Shown: one piece after another, positions 13,785 through 23,453 of the stretch | How the letters are laid out: each line of letters starts with the position of its first letter | Numbering within the stretch: the stretch's first letter is position 1 | Assembly (NCBI GenBank): GCA_913043225.1 | Contig: CAJWLU010000020.1 | Span: 1-59,653, forward strand | Reading direction: 5' to 3' | Origin: an uncultured Acidobacteriota bacterium | Lineage (GTDB): Bacteria; Acidobacteriota; Vicinamibacteria; Vicinamibacterales; UBA8438 | DNA: 59,653 bases | Made by a program: the position numbers and the translations under genes | Notes under the pieces: generated by a model | Told to the model about the DNA's origin: nothing | The model's input: the letters and a program-made list of their open reading frames with translations, nothing else | Database searches by the model: none

Positions 13785-14858
13785 CTAACGAAGCAGTAAG
13801 ACCACCAGGGCGGTCGCTACGCCCATCTGCCACCAGAGCTGGGTGCGCTCTTGCACCAGGAGGGTGCCCAGTAACAGCACACCGGCAGCGAGTGCCAGCA
13901 GATACCAGTACAGCTCGGTGAACGTCTCACGCCGCTGGGTGGAGACCGCCCGTGACTGGACGTCGCTTAGGATATCGAGCACGACCGATTGCGCCGAGTC
14001 GACGCCCAGTTCGAAGTAGCGGCCCTCGCCGGCCTGCGCGATGGCGCGCAACGAGTCGCGGTCGAGCACGGAGTGAATCGGGTCTTCGGGAGGCGTGAAC
14101 GGCCCGGGTGGAAGCTGCGGAATGTAGCCGCCGGCGGTGGTGCCGACACCGACCACGTAGACCCGGATACCGCGGCCGCGGGCCAGCTCAAGCGCCTTCT
14201 CGACCTCGCCCGACCAGGCCTGGCCATCCGAGATGACGATGAACGCCTTCGAGCTGAGGCGCTCGCCGTAGAGCTCGGCATCAAGCTCGAACATCCGGAC
14301 GCCCCAGTAGATGCCCTCCTCGATGTTGGTATCCCAACTGGTGTCGTCCTCCAGCCGGAACGGTGGTTCGTCGCTCAGGAAATCAAGGAAGAAGAACAGG
14401 GCGTTCGGGTCACGGGTCAGTCGGATCTGAGGGGCGGCGCGATGTGCGAAGAGCGCCAGCGCCACCCGCTGGTCGTTCCAGCTGAGGAGTTCGGCGAACA
14501 TCCGGATCCAGCCGATGGAGCGCTGCCACCGATCCGGGTCCGTATCGCTGACCCGCATCGAAGTGGAGCCGTCCTGTAGGATGATGAAATCGGCGCCGGC
14601 GTTCTCGGTGACCGAGGCCAGCACCTGTGGTTGCGCGAGTGCCACCGTCAGCAGCGCCGAGGCCAGCACCACCGAGCCCCAGAAGGACAGGCCCCCGGTG
14701 TAGGGAAAACGTTCGATCACCGGCGTGGTCCGGCTGTCGGCGGTCCGGTGCACTTCCGCGCGGCGGCGAGTCAGTTGCCACGCCCACACCACGGCGAGCG
14801 TCGCCGGGATCGGCAGCAGCCACAGGAACACCGGTGAGCCAAACTCGATCGGGGGCAT
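13785..14858 (-). CDS. VWA-domain membrane protein, MxaL-like
   Basis: MIDAS motif DGSTSM, ALAQP after the N-terminal TM helices, ISDGQ, VGVGT..GG.IP, C-terminal TM. Last gene of the MoxR operon. Confidence 0.8.
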   Translation of the reverse strand: MPPIEFGSPVFLWLLPIPATLAVVWAWQLTRRRAEVHRTADSRTTPVIERFPYTGGLSFWGSVVLASALLTVALAQPQVLASVTENAGADFIILQDGSTSMRVSDTDPDRWQRSIGWIRMFAELLSWNDQRVALALFAHRAAPQIRLTRDPNALFFFLDFLSDEPPFRLEDDTSWDTNIEEGIYWGVRMFELDAELYGERLSSKAFIVISDGQAWSGEVEKALELARGRGIRVYVVGVGTTAGGYIPQLPPGPFTPPEDPIHSVLDRDSLRAIAQAGEGRYFELGVDSAQSVVLDILSDVQSRAVSTQRRETFTELYWYLLALAAGVLLLGTLLVQERTQLWWQMGVATALVVLLLR

Positions 14859-14870
14859 CGATGCAGTGGG

Positions 14871-15563
14871 CTATCCGCGGCGGCGAATTGGGGCGCCCTC
14901 GCCCACGGTGGGATCTTCCGTCTCTTCCGGGTCGAAGATGCTCTCCTGGGGCACGTAGATCTGCACGTCCTCCATCTCCGCCTCTTCCGGGTTCTCGCCC
15001 GCGGCGCCAGGGATGGTCGGGCTCGAGAACTCGGGCACCTCGTCGCCGCCCGCGATCTCGGCCCGTAGGCGGAGCACGAGCTCGTAGTTGTAGGCGGCGT
15101 CGCGGTCACCCTCGTTGGCCTCCAGCAGGCGCCGATAGACACCGACGGCGCGGTCGAGTGCGCCGAGCGCGGCCTCGCGGCCGGCGTTCGGCCGGCGCAG
15201 GGTCAGGTAGTCGGCGTTGGCCACTACCAGTTGGAGCGGAAGGTTGCCGGCCACGCTCGGGCTGTCGGCCGCGGTGTAGTCGGCCACCAGGCTGCCGTAC
15301 TCACCCCGCCAGTACCGAACTGCCGCCTTCCGCGCCGCCAGTTCCGCACGGGTGCCCTCGAAGAACCACGGCACCGGGGCCGACCAATCCAGTCGGCGGT
15401 CTACGCTCGCATAGCTGCGTGCCGCCTGATTCAGATCGAGCGTCGACAACGCTACATCGGCCTGGGCCAGTTGCCGCTCGATGCCGGCCGCCGCCAGCAG
15501 TCCTGCCGCCACCACCGCGAGCAGCGCCGCTCCCATCAGATATCGCGCGATTGTTCTCACCAT
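14871..15563 (-). CDS. MxaK-like helical (TPR-like) membrane-anchored protein
   Basis: N-terminal TM. YRRLLEANEGDRDAAYNYELVLRL resembles the MxaK Y..AL..P...DA.YNL motif. Lies between two VWA genes. Confidence 0.65.
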   Translation of the reverse strand: MVRTIARYLMGAALLAVVAAGLLAAAGIERQLAQADVALSTLDLNQAARSYASVDRRLDWSAPVPWFFEGTRAELAARKAAVRYWRGEYGSLVADYTAADSPSVAGNLPLQLVVANADYLTLRRPNAGREAALGALDRAVGVYRRLLEANEGDRDAAYNYELVLRLRAEIAGGDEVPEFSSPTIPGAAGENPEEAEMEDVQIYVPQESIFDPEETEDPTVGEGAPIRRRG

Positions 15564-15575
15564 GCGTTGCTCCGT

Positions 15576-16670
15576 TTAGGGAAACCGTCTGAATGGCTTC
15601 AAGCCGAGCGCGGCCACGGCCGCAAGGCTCCAGAGTCCCAGAGCGGCCAGGGTGAACCCGGCGAAACGTGGCTGATGGGCCACATATCGGGTTACCTCGA
15701 TCTCGCCGGCCGCCAGTTCGTCGATCTCGTGCACCGCCCGTAGGATGGCGGCTTCGTCAGCGGCCGGGTAGAACCGGCCGCCGGTCCGTTCTACCGCCAG
15801 CTTCCAGGTGTTGTCCGGCAGCACGTCTCCCATGTCCTGCGCATAGGCGGTGCGGATGAAGTAGACCGGGATCGAGTTGTCGGCCGCTTCCTGCAGGATG
15901 TCGTCCAGCGACCGTCCCTCGTACACCGCGTGCGTGTCCTGGCCGTCACTGAAGATGACCATCAGGTTGCCCTGGGCGCGCAGGAAGTCGAACGTGCGGA
16001 ACAGCTGCACGCCGCGGGTGATGGCTCGCATGATCAGCGTTCCGTGATCGGGAAACCGGTCGTACTCCTCGGGGGTACCGATCAGGCCGATGCTCAGCAG
16101 AATGTTCTCGTAGTCGTTGGTGAACGGAGTGACGATGTAGGCTTCTCCGCCGAACTGCACCAGTGACACTAGGTCTTGGTGGTTACCCGCCATCCGTTGT
16201 CGGACGAAGTAGCCGGCCGCTGCGACATTGGCCAGATAAGTGTTGCCCCATCCGAGTTGGTCGGTCGCGAACGACGAATCCATGCTGAGCGAGGCGTCGA
16301 TCAGAATCGCGATTCGATGTCCGGGGAACGTGGCGCGCTCCTGGATCAGGCTGGTGTGCGGGTCGCCGAGCGCGAGGGCGAAGCAGGGTAGACCGGCCAG
16401 AAACAATCCGAACGGCAGATGGCGGACTGGCGCCAGCCGCGAACGTCTAGTCAGGAACACCGGAAAGAGCGCCGGCAGTGCGACATCGGTGCGGCCGGGC
16501 CGACGGGTCAAAGTCCGAACCAGCACGGTGGCCACGGCCACCAGCACCATGGCGCCCAAGGTCATGACGACCGCATCGCGGCGGGGGAGAGGCAGCGTCG
16601 TCCAGGAGAGCGATGCCACCTGGTCGAACGCCGTACGGATGGCGACCAGCAGGTCGGTCAGCGCGTCCAT
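15576..16670 (-). CDS. VWA-domain membrane protein, MxaC-like
   Basis: MIDAS motif IDASLSM, ALGDP, LVQFGGEAYIVTPFT.DY, FSDGQD, TGGRFY. ATG 16670 overlaps the end of the upstream gene. Confidence 0.8.
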   Translation of the reverse strand: MDALTDLLVAIRTAFDQVASLSWTTLPLPRRDAVVMTLGAMVLVAVATVLVRTLTRRPGRTDVALPALFPVFLTRRSRLAPVRHLPFGLFLAGLPCFALALGDPHTSLIQERATFPGHRIAILIDASLSMDSSFATDQLGWGNTYLANVAAAGYFVRQRMAGNHQDLVSLVQFGGEAYIVTPFTNDYENILLSIGLIGTPEEYDRFPDHGTLIMRAITRGVQLFRTFDFLRAQGNLMVIFSDGQDTHAVYEGRSLDDILQEAADNSIPVYFIRTAYAQDMGDVLPDNTWKLAVERTGGRFYPAADEAAILRAVHEIDELAAGEIEVTRYVAHQPRFAGFTLAALGLWSLAAVAALGLKPFRRFP

Positions 16671-17878
16671 GAGGTGGGTAGCGAGCGCAGGCGCTCGGCG
16701 GCCTCGGTGGCCAGACGCACCGGCGCGGTCACCCGCCACCGGAGCTGCTGCAGGTGCGAGACGGCGCCGTCGAGCGCCTGCGTCAGCGTCTCGGCGCTAA
16801 GAGCGCCGTTGTGGCCATAGCGTGCGGCGGTAAAGGAGCGCAGCGCGTCAGCGAGTGGATGGGTACCGTTTATCTCGTCGCCCGGCGGCAGACGGGCCGT
16901 AAGTGAGTCCGCGGTTGTGCCGGACGAGACCAGCAACGTGCGGCGACGGAGCCACCCGTGTTTCACTCGTAGCTGGCCATCTCTGGTAGCGGTCCCGGGG
17001 GCGACCGTGGCCTGGGCCACCGGCGTGTCGGTGGCGACCGCCCCGCCAAGGCGTAGCGCGCTCAATGTCCGCAACGCCAGCTCCGGCGTCCAGCCGCCGC
17101 CGCTGGTCTGTTGCACCGAGCGAAGCTCGCCAAGCGCGGCGCCCACGACCGCCGATGGTGGCACCGGCGTGTCGCGAGTGGTGGTGACGCCTCGGCGGTC
17201 GCGAAGCGCCCGGGCGATCCCCAGCGCGAGGATGCCCGCGGCGAGGACCCCGGCCAACCCGGCCAGTAGCGTCAGCAGGGACGCTCGCAGCTCTCCGGAC
17301 TCCGCATCGCCGAACGACGGGGGAGCGAGATCGCGGATGTCGACCGACGAGGTAGGCACCAGCGACAGCAGTCGGATCGAGCCCGGGGCCAGGATGTGGG
17401 TTAGCTCACGCCCCATCAGGACAGGACTGTCGTCGCTCCGTCGCTCGATCCGGTAGGTCAGATCCAGCGGCGGAAGCTCGACGTCATCGCCGAAGCTGCC
17501 TTCCACGATTAGCCTCAGGGTGTAGCGATATTGGAGAAACCGGAACACGCCATCCTCGACCGGAGAGAACTGTTCGCCGCCCAGGACCTCGAAGGGGCTG
17601 ACGTGGATCGCTTCCGGTTCGAGCGCGGCCGTATCGAGCACGGTGCGGGCCTCGCTGGTTTCGACCAGGCGGCAGGTTACCGTCATCCCGAAGCGCTCGC
17701 CCACGTACACCGCGGCACGGTCGACACGCCGCCAGCAGGTTAGCGCGTCGATGGCGGTTTCACCGGCTGGCTGTAGGGCTGTTGCCCGGGGAGTCGCAAG
17801 TGAGGCGAACGCGACCGCCGCCATCAGCAACCATCGTTGCAGCCTCATCAGGCGCTCGTCCGTCGTGCGTAGTGGCAT
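16658..17878 (-). CDS. MxaA/BatD-like exported protein with an internal TM helix
   Basis: Signal peptide, beta-rich N-domain (VYVGERF, QYRYTLRL, LPPL), TM helix, helical C-domain. Position between DUF58 and VWA genes matches mxaA. Confidence 0.6.
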   Translation of the reverse strand: MPLRTTDERLMRLQRWLLMAAVAFASLATPRATALQPAGETAIDALTCWRRVDRAAVYVGERFGMTVTCRLVETSEARTVLDTAALEPEAIHVSPFEVLGGEQFSPVEDGVFRFLQYRYTLRLIVEGSFGDDVELPPLDLTYRIERRSDDSPVLMGRELTHILAPGSIRLLSLVPTSSVDIRDLAPPSFGDAESGELRASLLTLLAGLAGVLAAGILALGIARALRDRRGVTTTRDTPVPPSAVVGAALGELRSVQQTSGGGWTPELALRTLSALRLGGAVATDTPVAQATVAPGTATRDGQLRVKHGWLRRRTLLVSSGTTADSLTARLPPGDEINGTHPLADALRSFTAARYGHNGALSAETLTQALDGAVSHLQQLRWRVTAPVRLATEAAERLRSLPTSWTR

Positions 17879-17881
17879 CGT

Positions 17882-18799
17882 CTACCGCCTCAGTTGCTTT
17901 CGGTCGAGCAGGAACGACACCAGAGTTTCGTGGAACGGCCGATCCGTTCCGTCTAGCCTGAGCATTTCTAGGCCACGGTCGTGGGCTTGCTGCTCGACGC
18001 CGTCCTGCCAGCGGGTCACCCGCTCGCCAAGCTTGCGTAGGTCCGATGCCGCGATCAGCCGAGTCCGTCCCGTCTCGACATCGAGCCCCTCGACCCATCC
18101 CGCCGAGAGTGCCGGCAGCGTGAAGGCGAAGGCGCTGTCGACCATCACCAGGAACACGTCGTGTGCTGTGGCCAGATCCGCCAGCTCGTCCAGCAGCGGT
18201 ACCGGGTCCTCGAACAGAAAATCGGAGATCACCGGCACCAGTGAACGCTTCCTCAGTAGTCCGGCGAAGCCGACGTCGGGCGCCGCCTCCGGGCGATCCC
18301 GACCCTCGAGATGTGCCTGGTAGGTTAGGGCGCAGTGCATGGCGTGCCCTTTTCCCATGCGCGGGCCAGCGGCGATCCATCGCCGGTTACCGTCGAAGGT
18401 GACCAAGCCGGCTTGGTCCTGGAAAAACGCCGCGGCCATGGCTAGGGTGGCGACCGTGCGCGCGATGATCTTGGCGATTGGCGTGTCACCGGTGCCGCAG
18501 TGCGTCGAGGAGGAGACGTCAGCTGCGATCACGATCGGTGCGTTGCTCTCCTGGTCGAATTCCCGGGTGAGGAGCGGGCTGAAGTTGGTGAGCGTCGATT
18601 GCGGCCAGTCGATGCTCGCCAGCCGATCGCCGGGTTGCCAGTCGCGCAGGCCAGCCAGGTCGTGACCGGTGCCTTGGAAGAGGCTCGGATGTCCCCCGAT
18701 GGCGAGCTCCTGCATCCGCTTGACGATGACCAGCTCGACGTCCTGGATCTCGGCCCAGGACACCAGCGAGTCTTCCGCGTCGCGCAGTTGTGGACTCAT
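17882..18799 (-). CDS. DUF58 protein, MxaS-like
   Basis: G.HPSLFQGTG, LRDWQPGDRLASIDW, ADVSSS, VISDFL. Directly follows moxR. Confidence 0.88.
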   Translation of the reverse strand: MSPQLRDAEDSLVSWAEIQDVELVIVKRMQELAIGGHPSLFQGTGHDLAGLRDWQPGDRLASIDWPQSTLTNFSPLLTREFDQESNAPIVIAADVSSSTHCGTGDTPIAKIIARTVATLAMAAAFFQDQAGLVTFDGNRRWIAAGPRMGKGHAMHCALTYQAHLEGRDRPEAAPDVGFAGLLRKRSLVPVISDFLFEDPVPLLDELADLATAHDVFLVMVDSAFAFTLPALSAGWVEGLDVETGRTRLIAASDLRKLGERVTRWQDGVEQQAHDRGLEMLRLDGTDRPFHETLVSFLLDRKQLRR

Positions 18800-18807
18800 C
18801 GGAGGGC

Positions 18808-19848
18808 TCAGGGGATGGGGACGGTGTCGATCACCTCGTCGATCACCGTTTCCACCTTGATATCGCGGCTCGCGGCATGTGGCGCCAACCAGATCCGGTG
18901 GCCGAGCACGTAGCGTGCGAGCTCCTGGATGTCTTCGGGATACACCTCGCTGCGTCGTCCCTCAAGCAAGGCCCATACCTTGACCAGACGGCCCCAGCAG
19001 ATGGTGGCGCGTGGTGATCCACCCAAGTCGACGTACTGTTCCACTAGTGCCGAGGGCGAGTGATGGTGCCAGTCGGTGTCGGGGCTGCAGGGCCGGGTGG
19101 CGGCGACCAGGCGGCGGATGTACTTACCGAGCGCGTCGTGCAGGAATACCTGCTCGCCGATTCGGGCCCGTAGCTCGAGAACCCGTTTCTTGGGCATGAG
19201 GCCGTCGAGCTTCACCTGCTTGAAATCGAAGTTGACGAGTTTCTGCTCCTCGTCAGGGGGGAGGTAGCCGACGTTGACCATGATCGCGAACCGGTCGATG
19301 GCCGCCTCCGACAGTGGAAACGTGCCCTGCCCCAGCTCGATCGGGTTCATGGTGGCGATGGCGAAGCTGAAGGTCGGGAGCTGGTAGGTCTCCTTGCCCA
19401 CGGTCACCGAACGGTCCTGGAGCCCTTCAAGGAACGCGCTCTGCGACTTCAGCGGAATGCGATTGATCTCGTCCAGCAGGATGACCTCGGCGGAGGCCAG
19501 TGGTCCGAACTCGGTGAGAAACTCGCCGGTGGCCGGATTGATCATCTGGAAGCCGACCACTTCGGTCGGCTGCAGGTCGGCGCGTCCCTGAAGGCGGGCG
19601 AATTTGGCGCCGCTGATCGCCGCCAGGATCACGCCGAAGAAGGTCTTGCCGACGCCTGGAACCCCACGAAGCAACAAGTTGCCGGCATTGACCTGACGCT
19701 GTGCCTCTTGGTCGTAGGTGGTGGGGATCTCGGCCAGGAGCACCATGTTAGCCAGGGCCTTTTCCCGGTCGTATCCGACCAGAGCCTTGGCCCCTTCGGC
19801 CACGATGGCTTCGTGGAAGTCGACGGCGTCTTGAAGGTCGGCATTCAT
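18808..19848 (-). CDS. moxR: MoxR family AAA+ ATPase (MxaR-like)
   Basis: Walker A GVPGVGKT, DLQPTEVVG, Walker B LLDEINR, ATMNPIE.GQGTFPLSEAAIDRF, GGSPRA, VLGHRI. Confidence 0.93.
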   Translation of the reverse strand: MNADLQDAVDFHEAIVAEGAKALVGYDREKALANMVLLAEIPTTYDQEAQRQVNAGNLLLRGVPGVGKTFFGVILAAISGAKFARLQGRADLQPTEVVGFQMINPATGEFLTEFGPLASAEVILLDEINRIPLKSQSAFLEGLQDRSVTVGKETYQLPTFSFAIATMNPIELGQGTFPLSEAAIDRFAIMVNVGYLPPDEEQKLVNFDFKQVKLDGLMPKKRVLELRARIGEQVFLHDALGKYIRRLVAATRPCSPDTDWHHHSPSALVEQYVDLGGSPRATICWGRLVKVWALLEGRRSEVYPEDIQELARYVLGHRIWLAPHAASRDIKVETVIDEVIDTVPIP

Positions 19849-20045
19849 GGTCGGCGGGCGACACGCCTCGCTCTTGACGCCGCCCTGGCCTTAGACGACA
19901 ACCCTTGTGGGGCGCAGGCTTCTGGGTTTCGGCGCGGCTGCCGCGTACAAGACTTGGATCCTATAGGAAAGACAGGCGTTTTTTCGCGGATGCCTGGATG
20001 CGGCCGGCGGATGGCTGTTTCGGACGTCGATCTTTGGTTTTGGTT

Positions 20046-20080
20046 GGGCCGGGCGGGTTCCTACGCCCGGCCCTTTCTTT
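20046..20080 (+). terminator. Intrinsic terminator-like hairpin on the + strand
   Basis: 10-bp perfect stem GGGCCGGGCG/CGCCCGGCCC followed by TTTCTTT. Confidence 0.6.
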
Positions 20081-20140
20081 GCTTTGTGCGTAGCAGGTGA
20101 TTCGCGTCTACGCACGTGTCTAGACCGTCCGGTAGCCCGT

Positions 20141-20698
20141 CTAGGGTTCGGTGTCCCGTTCGGACAGGAATTCGCGTGCCATCTTGCGGGAGCTTTCCCG
20201 TATGGAGCGGACGGCCGCCTTGTTGGTGATGGTGGCACGAGAAATGGCGTCGATGTCTTCTCCGACCGTCAGCGGAGCTAGCACGTTCTGATCCTGAAAC
20301 TGCGCTAGAAACTCCGGGAGATCGATGGAGAAGTAGCCGAACGGCTCGTTGTGATAGACCATGCTGACGTTGATGATCGCCCCGGTTGGCGCCATGCCGA
20401 CCAGCATCCAGATCTCGCCCTTGTAGCCGACTACTCCGCGGGCGAAGTCGACCGTGAAGAAACCGAGTCCGACGAGCTCTTCCGCGCCATCGGCGGCGGT
20501 GCGATAGCCCCGGTAGTGGGGTGTATTGCGGTCGACGAACCGGAACGTCTCGGCGGCGGGTAGTGCCTCTTTCAGATATCTCCCATAACGCGGGATGTCG
20601 TCGGTGGCCCGCCAGCGCTGCGCCTGGAGGGTGACGGTCACTCCGACCACGACGAGCAAGAGCATTGCGAGCCAGCGTCGACGCGTCAGTGTGGGCAC
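20141..20698 (-). CDS. Extracytoplasmic FMN-binding protein (NosR/RnfG-type FMN_bind domain)
   Basis: N-terminal TM/signal, GYKGEI.MLVGM..TG, HNEPFG, flavinylation-like motif IDAISRATIT. Confidence 0.82.
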   Translation of the reverse strand: MPTLTRRRWLAMLLLVVVGVTVTLQAQRWRATDDIPRYGRYLKEALPAAETFRFVDRNTPHYRGYRTAADGAEELVGLGFFTVDFARGVVGYKGEIWMLVGMAPTGAIINVSMVYHNEPFGYFSIDLPEFLAQFQDQNVLAPLTVGEDIDAISRATITNKAAVRSIRESSRKMAREFLSERDTEP

Positions 20699-20924
20699 CG
20701 TACAGCGTTTCCGATCAGGCGGCGTGTCCGCGACTGGACGTCCAGAGCCGGCTCAACATCCGGCCGATGTCGCCGCGGTCGATCTGCATGTGGCCATTGT
20801 AGCGTCTCGCGCTAGAATCGGCCTGACCTCGGACCCTCGCCTGCGAGCTGGGCGGCAGACGCGAAACCGGACCCGGGAGTCTCGGTTGTAGGACTGTGAA
20901 CGAACCGGACAAAAAGGGACCAAG

Positions 20925-23351
20925 ATGCCCGATTACAAGCTGATCGGCAAGAACTACACGACCTCTGAACTCCGAGCCAAAGTCACCGGTCGCGCCAAGT
21001 ACGCCGAGGATTTCCGTGCCGAGGGAATGGTCTTCCTGAAACTGTTGACCAGCCCGATGCCGCACGCTCGCGTGCGGAGCGTCGATACGTCGGCCGCCTT
21101 GGCGATGCCTGGTGTTGAAGGCATCCTGACGCCAGACGACCTGGCCGAGATCGAAGCGCCGAACGAGGCCGGGCTCACCTACGAACCGCTGTACGAGGGG
21201 GAGCCAGTCCTGGCCGTCGCAGCTGTTGACGAGCCGACCGCCTCTGCGGCTATCGAGGCCATCGAGATCGAGTGGGAGGTGCTGCCGTTTGCCCTTGACC
21301 CGCTCGACAGCCTGCGTCCCGACGGTCCCAACGCCAGGCTCGATGGCAATACGATGCAGGACCGCGAGCTGGCCACCGTCAAGTGGTCGGATCGTGAGGC
21401 GTCCGAACTGGATGAGGGTCGGGTACCGACCACTGGTCTGTTCACCGACGAGTGGGTTGTAGGCGATCTGGACACTGGGTTTGCTGCGGCGGATCTGATC
21501 ATCGATGAGTCGATCTATCACCAGTCGATGGGGCACCAGCCGCTCGAGAGCCGAAGCTGCATGGCTTACTGGCAGAACGGCAAGGTCTACGTCTACGGTT
21601 CCACGCAGAGCACGGCGCGCACGGTCGGAATCGTCGCGCGCTGGACAGGCGTCGAGCAGGAGAACGTTGTGCTCGTGGCCGAGTATTGCGGCGGTGGCTT
21701 TGGCAGCAAGGCGGCCGGCGCGCTGAGCATGGTGTTTCCGATTGCTATGTCCAGAAAGATCAGAAAGCCGGTCATGATGCGGATCTCACGCCGCGAGGAG
21801 AACGCCATCGGCCGCGCGCGTCCGGCCGTGCAGCTGCGAGCCAAGCTAGGGTTCCGGAGCGATGGCCGTTTGCTCGCGATGGACCTTTTCTCGGTGGGTG
21901 ATGGTGGTCCCTATGGACGGAGCGGCGACTTCCTCTCGTTGGGCAACATCGCGTCACTGATCTACCAGCCGGAGGCCATCCGGATTCGCGGGCTGAATGT
22001 CTACACCAACACGCCCCCGCGGGCGGCGCAGCGCGCGCCCGGGGGCGAGCAGGCGGTCAGCATGCTGGCACCCCTGATGGATCGGGCTGCGCGGGAACTC
22101 GGCGTCAGCCCTACGGAAATGATCCGGATTAATGCGCCATCCGGTCAGGCCAAGTTCGGTGCGCCCGGACGCGACGGTGCCCAGGGGAACGCCTCGAGCG
22201 CGTTCGTCGTCGAGGCGCTCGACAAGGGAATGGCCGAGTTCGGGTGGGCCGAGCGGAGCCGAAGAAGCGGAGAGCGGCGGGGCACCAAGGCCACCGGGAT
22301 CGGTGTAGCGCTCAGCAGCTTCTCGGCCGGGAGCTCGGGCATGGACGGGCTCGCCGTCCTCCGTCCCGACGGCATGCTCCAGCTACACACTGGGGTCGGC
22401 AACCTCGGCACCGAGTCGTTCTCCGATTGTGCGCGCGCGGCCGCTGAGGCTCTCGACATGCCGTGGGAGCGGGTCGAGTTGGTGTGGGGTGCCACCGACC
22501 GGAACCTGCCCTGGAGCGCGATGTCGGTCGGGAGTCAGACCACCCACGCCCACACTCGCGCCAACTGGGCGCTGGGGCTGGATATTCGCCGGAAGCTCCA
22601 GGAGATTGCAGCGGGCGACCTCGGCGGCGCGCCCGCAGATTACGACGTGGCCGACGAGCGAGTCTTCCGTCGCGGCAGCCGCGGACAGGGGTTGAGCTTC
22701 GCGCGAGCGGCCGAGCGTGCGATCGAACTCGGTGGGCGCTACGACGGTCACGAATTGCCAGAGGACATTAACGGCATGACCGTGGCGTCTGCCACCGCGC
22801 TGGCCGGCCGTGGTCTGCTCGGCGTCGCCAAGGACAACTTCGACACCGGCGGCCGCGTGATGTCGTTTGTCGTCGGCTTCGCCGAGGTTGAGGTCGACGT
22901 CGAGACGGGCGCCATCCAGATGGTGGATTACGTCGGCGCCGCCGATTGCGGCACCGTCGTGCATCCGAGACTGCTTGGTTCGCAGATTCACTCAGGCGGC
23001 ATCCAGGGGTTCGGCATCGCATTGAGCCAGAAATGGGTCTATGACCGGCGTTGGGGGCTCGCGGTGTCGAAGCGTTTCTACAACAACCGTCCCCCCGGCA
23101 TCCTCGACGTGCCGCACGAGCGGCCCATGGGCTGGGTGACCGCCGACGAGCCGGATCCATTCAATCCGCTGGGAGCCAAGGGGATCGGCGAGCCGGCGAT
23201 TGGCGCGGCGTCTGGCGCCGTGCTGTGCGCCATTGCCGACGCGCTTGGCGGCGAGGGGCAGTTCTACCGTTCACCGGTGACGGCCGACATGGTCCTGACC
23301 AAGCTCGAGCAGTTGCCGGCGCCACATGGTCGGTTGGTGAACCATGTGTAA
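20925..23351 (+). CDS. Xanthine dehydrogenase-family molybdopterin-binding (large) subunit
   Basis: KVTGRAKYAED, SPMPHAR, STQ, GGGFGSK, QRAPG, SVGSQT, VEVDVETG, GAKGIGEP. Confidence 0.92.
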   Translation: MPDYKLIGKNYTTSELRAKVTGRAKYAEDFRAEGMVFLKLLTSPMPHARVRSVDTSAALAMPGVEGILTPDDLAEIEAPNEAGLTYEPLYEGEPVLAVAAVDEPTASAAIEAIEIEWEVLPFALDPLDSLRPDGPNARLDGNTMQDRELATVKWSDREASELDEGRVPTTGLFTDEWVVGDLDTGFAAADLIIDESIYHQSMGHQPLESRSCMAYWQNGKVYVYGSTQSTARTVGIVARWTGVEQENVVLVAEYCGGGFGSKAAGALSMVFPIAMSRKIRKPVMMRISRREENAIGRARPAVQLRAKLGFRSDGRLLAMDLFSVGDGGPYGRSGDFLSLGNIASLIYQPEAIRIRGLNVYTNTPPRAAQRAPGGEQAVSMLAPLMDRAARELGVSPTEMIRINAPSGQAKFGAPGRDGAQGNASSAFVVEALDKGMAEFGWAERSRRSGERRGTKATGIGVALSSFSAGSSGMDGLAVLRPDGMLQLHTGVGNLGTESFSDCARAAAEALDMPWERVELVWGATDRNLPWSAMSVGSQTTHAHTRANWALGLDIRRKLQEIAAGDLGGAPADYDVADERVFRRGSRGQGLSFARAAERAIELGGRYDGHELPEDINGMTVASATALAGRGLLGVAKDNFDTGGRVMSFVVGFAEVEVDVETGAIQMVDYVGAADCGTVVHPRLLGSQIHSGGIQGFGIALSQKWVYDRRWGLAVSKRFYNNRPPGILDVPHERPMGWVTADEPDPFNPLGAKGIGEPAIGAASGAVLCAIADALGGEGQFYRSPVTADMVLTKLEQLPAPHGRLVNHV

Positions 23352-23453
23352 CTAGCGACTGGCGTTGGCGCCGAGCGTTGCGCGTCAACGCCCATGGGGG
23401 TCGAAGCGAGCAACTCCCGTCGGCTTTGGGAGTTGGGGAAGAGCACGGAACGA

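Noticed and set aside
20925..23351. Aerobic CO dehydrogenase CoxL served by the MoxR/VWA genes as CoxDE
   Set aside because: It lacks AYxCSFR/AYxGAGR, there are no coxM/coxS genes, and the MoxR operon has the mxa-type membrane/exported layout.
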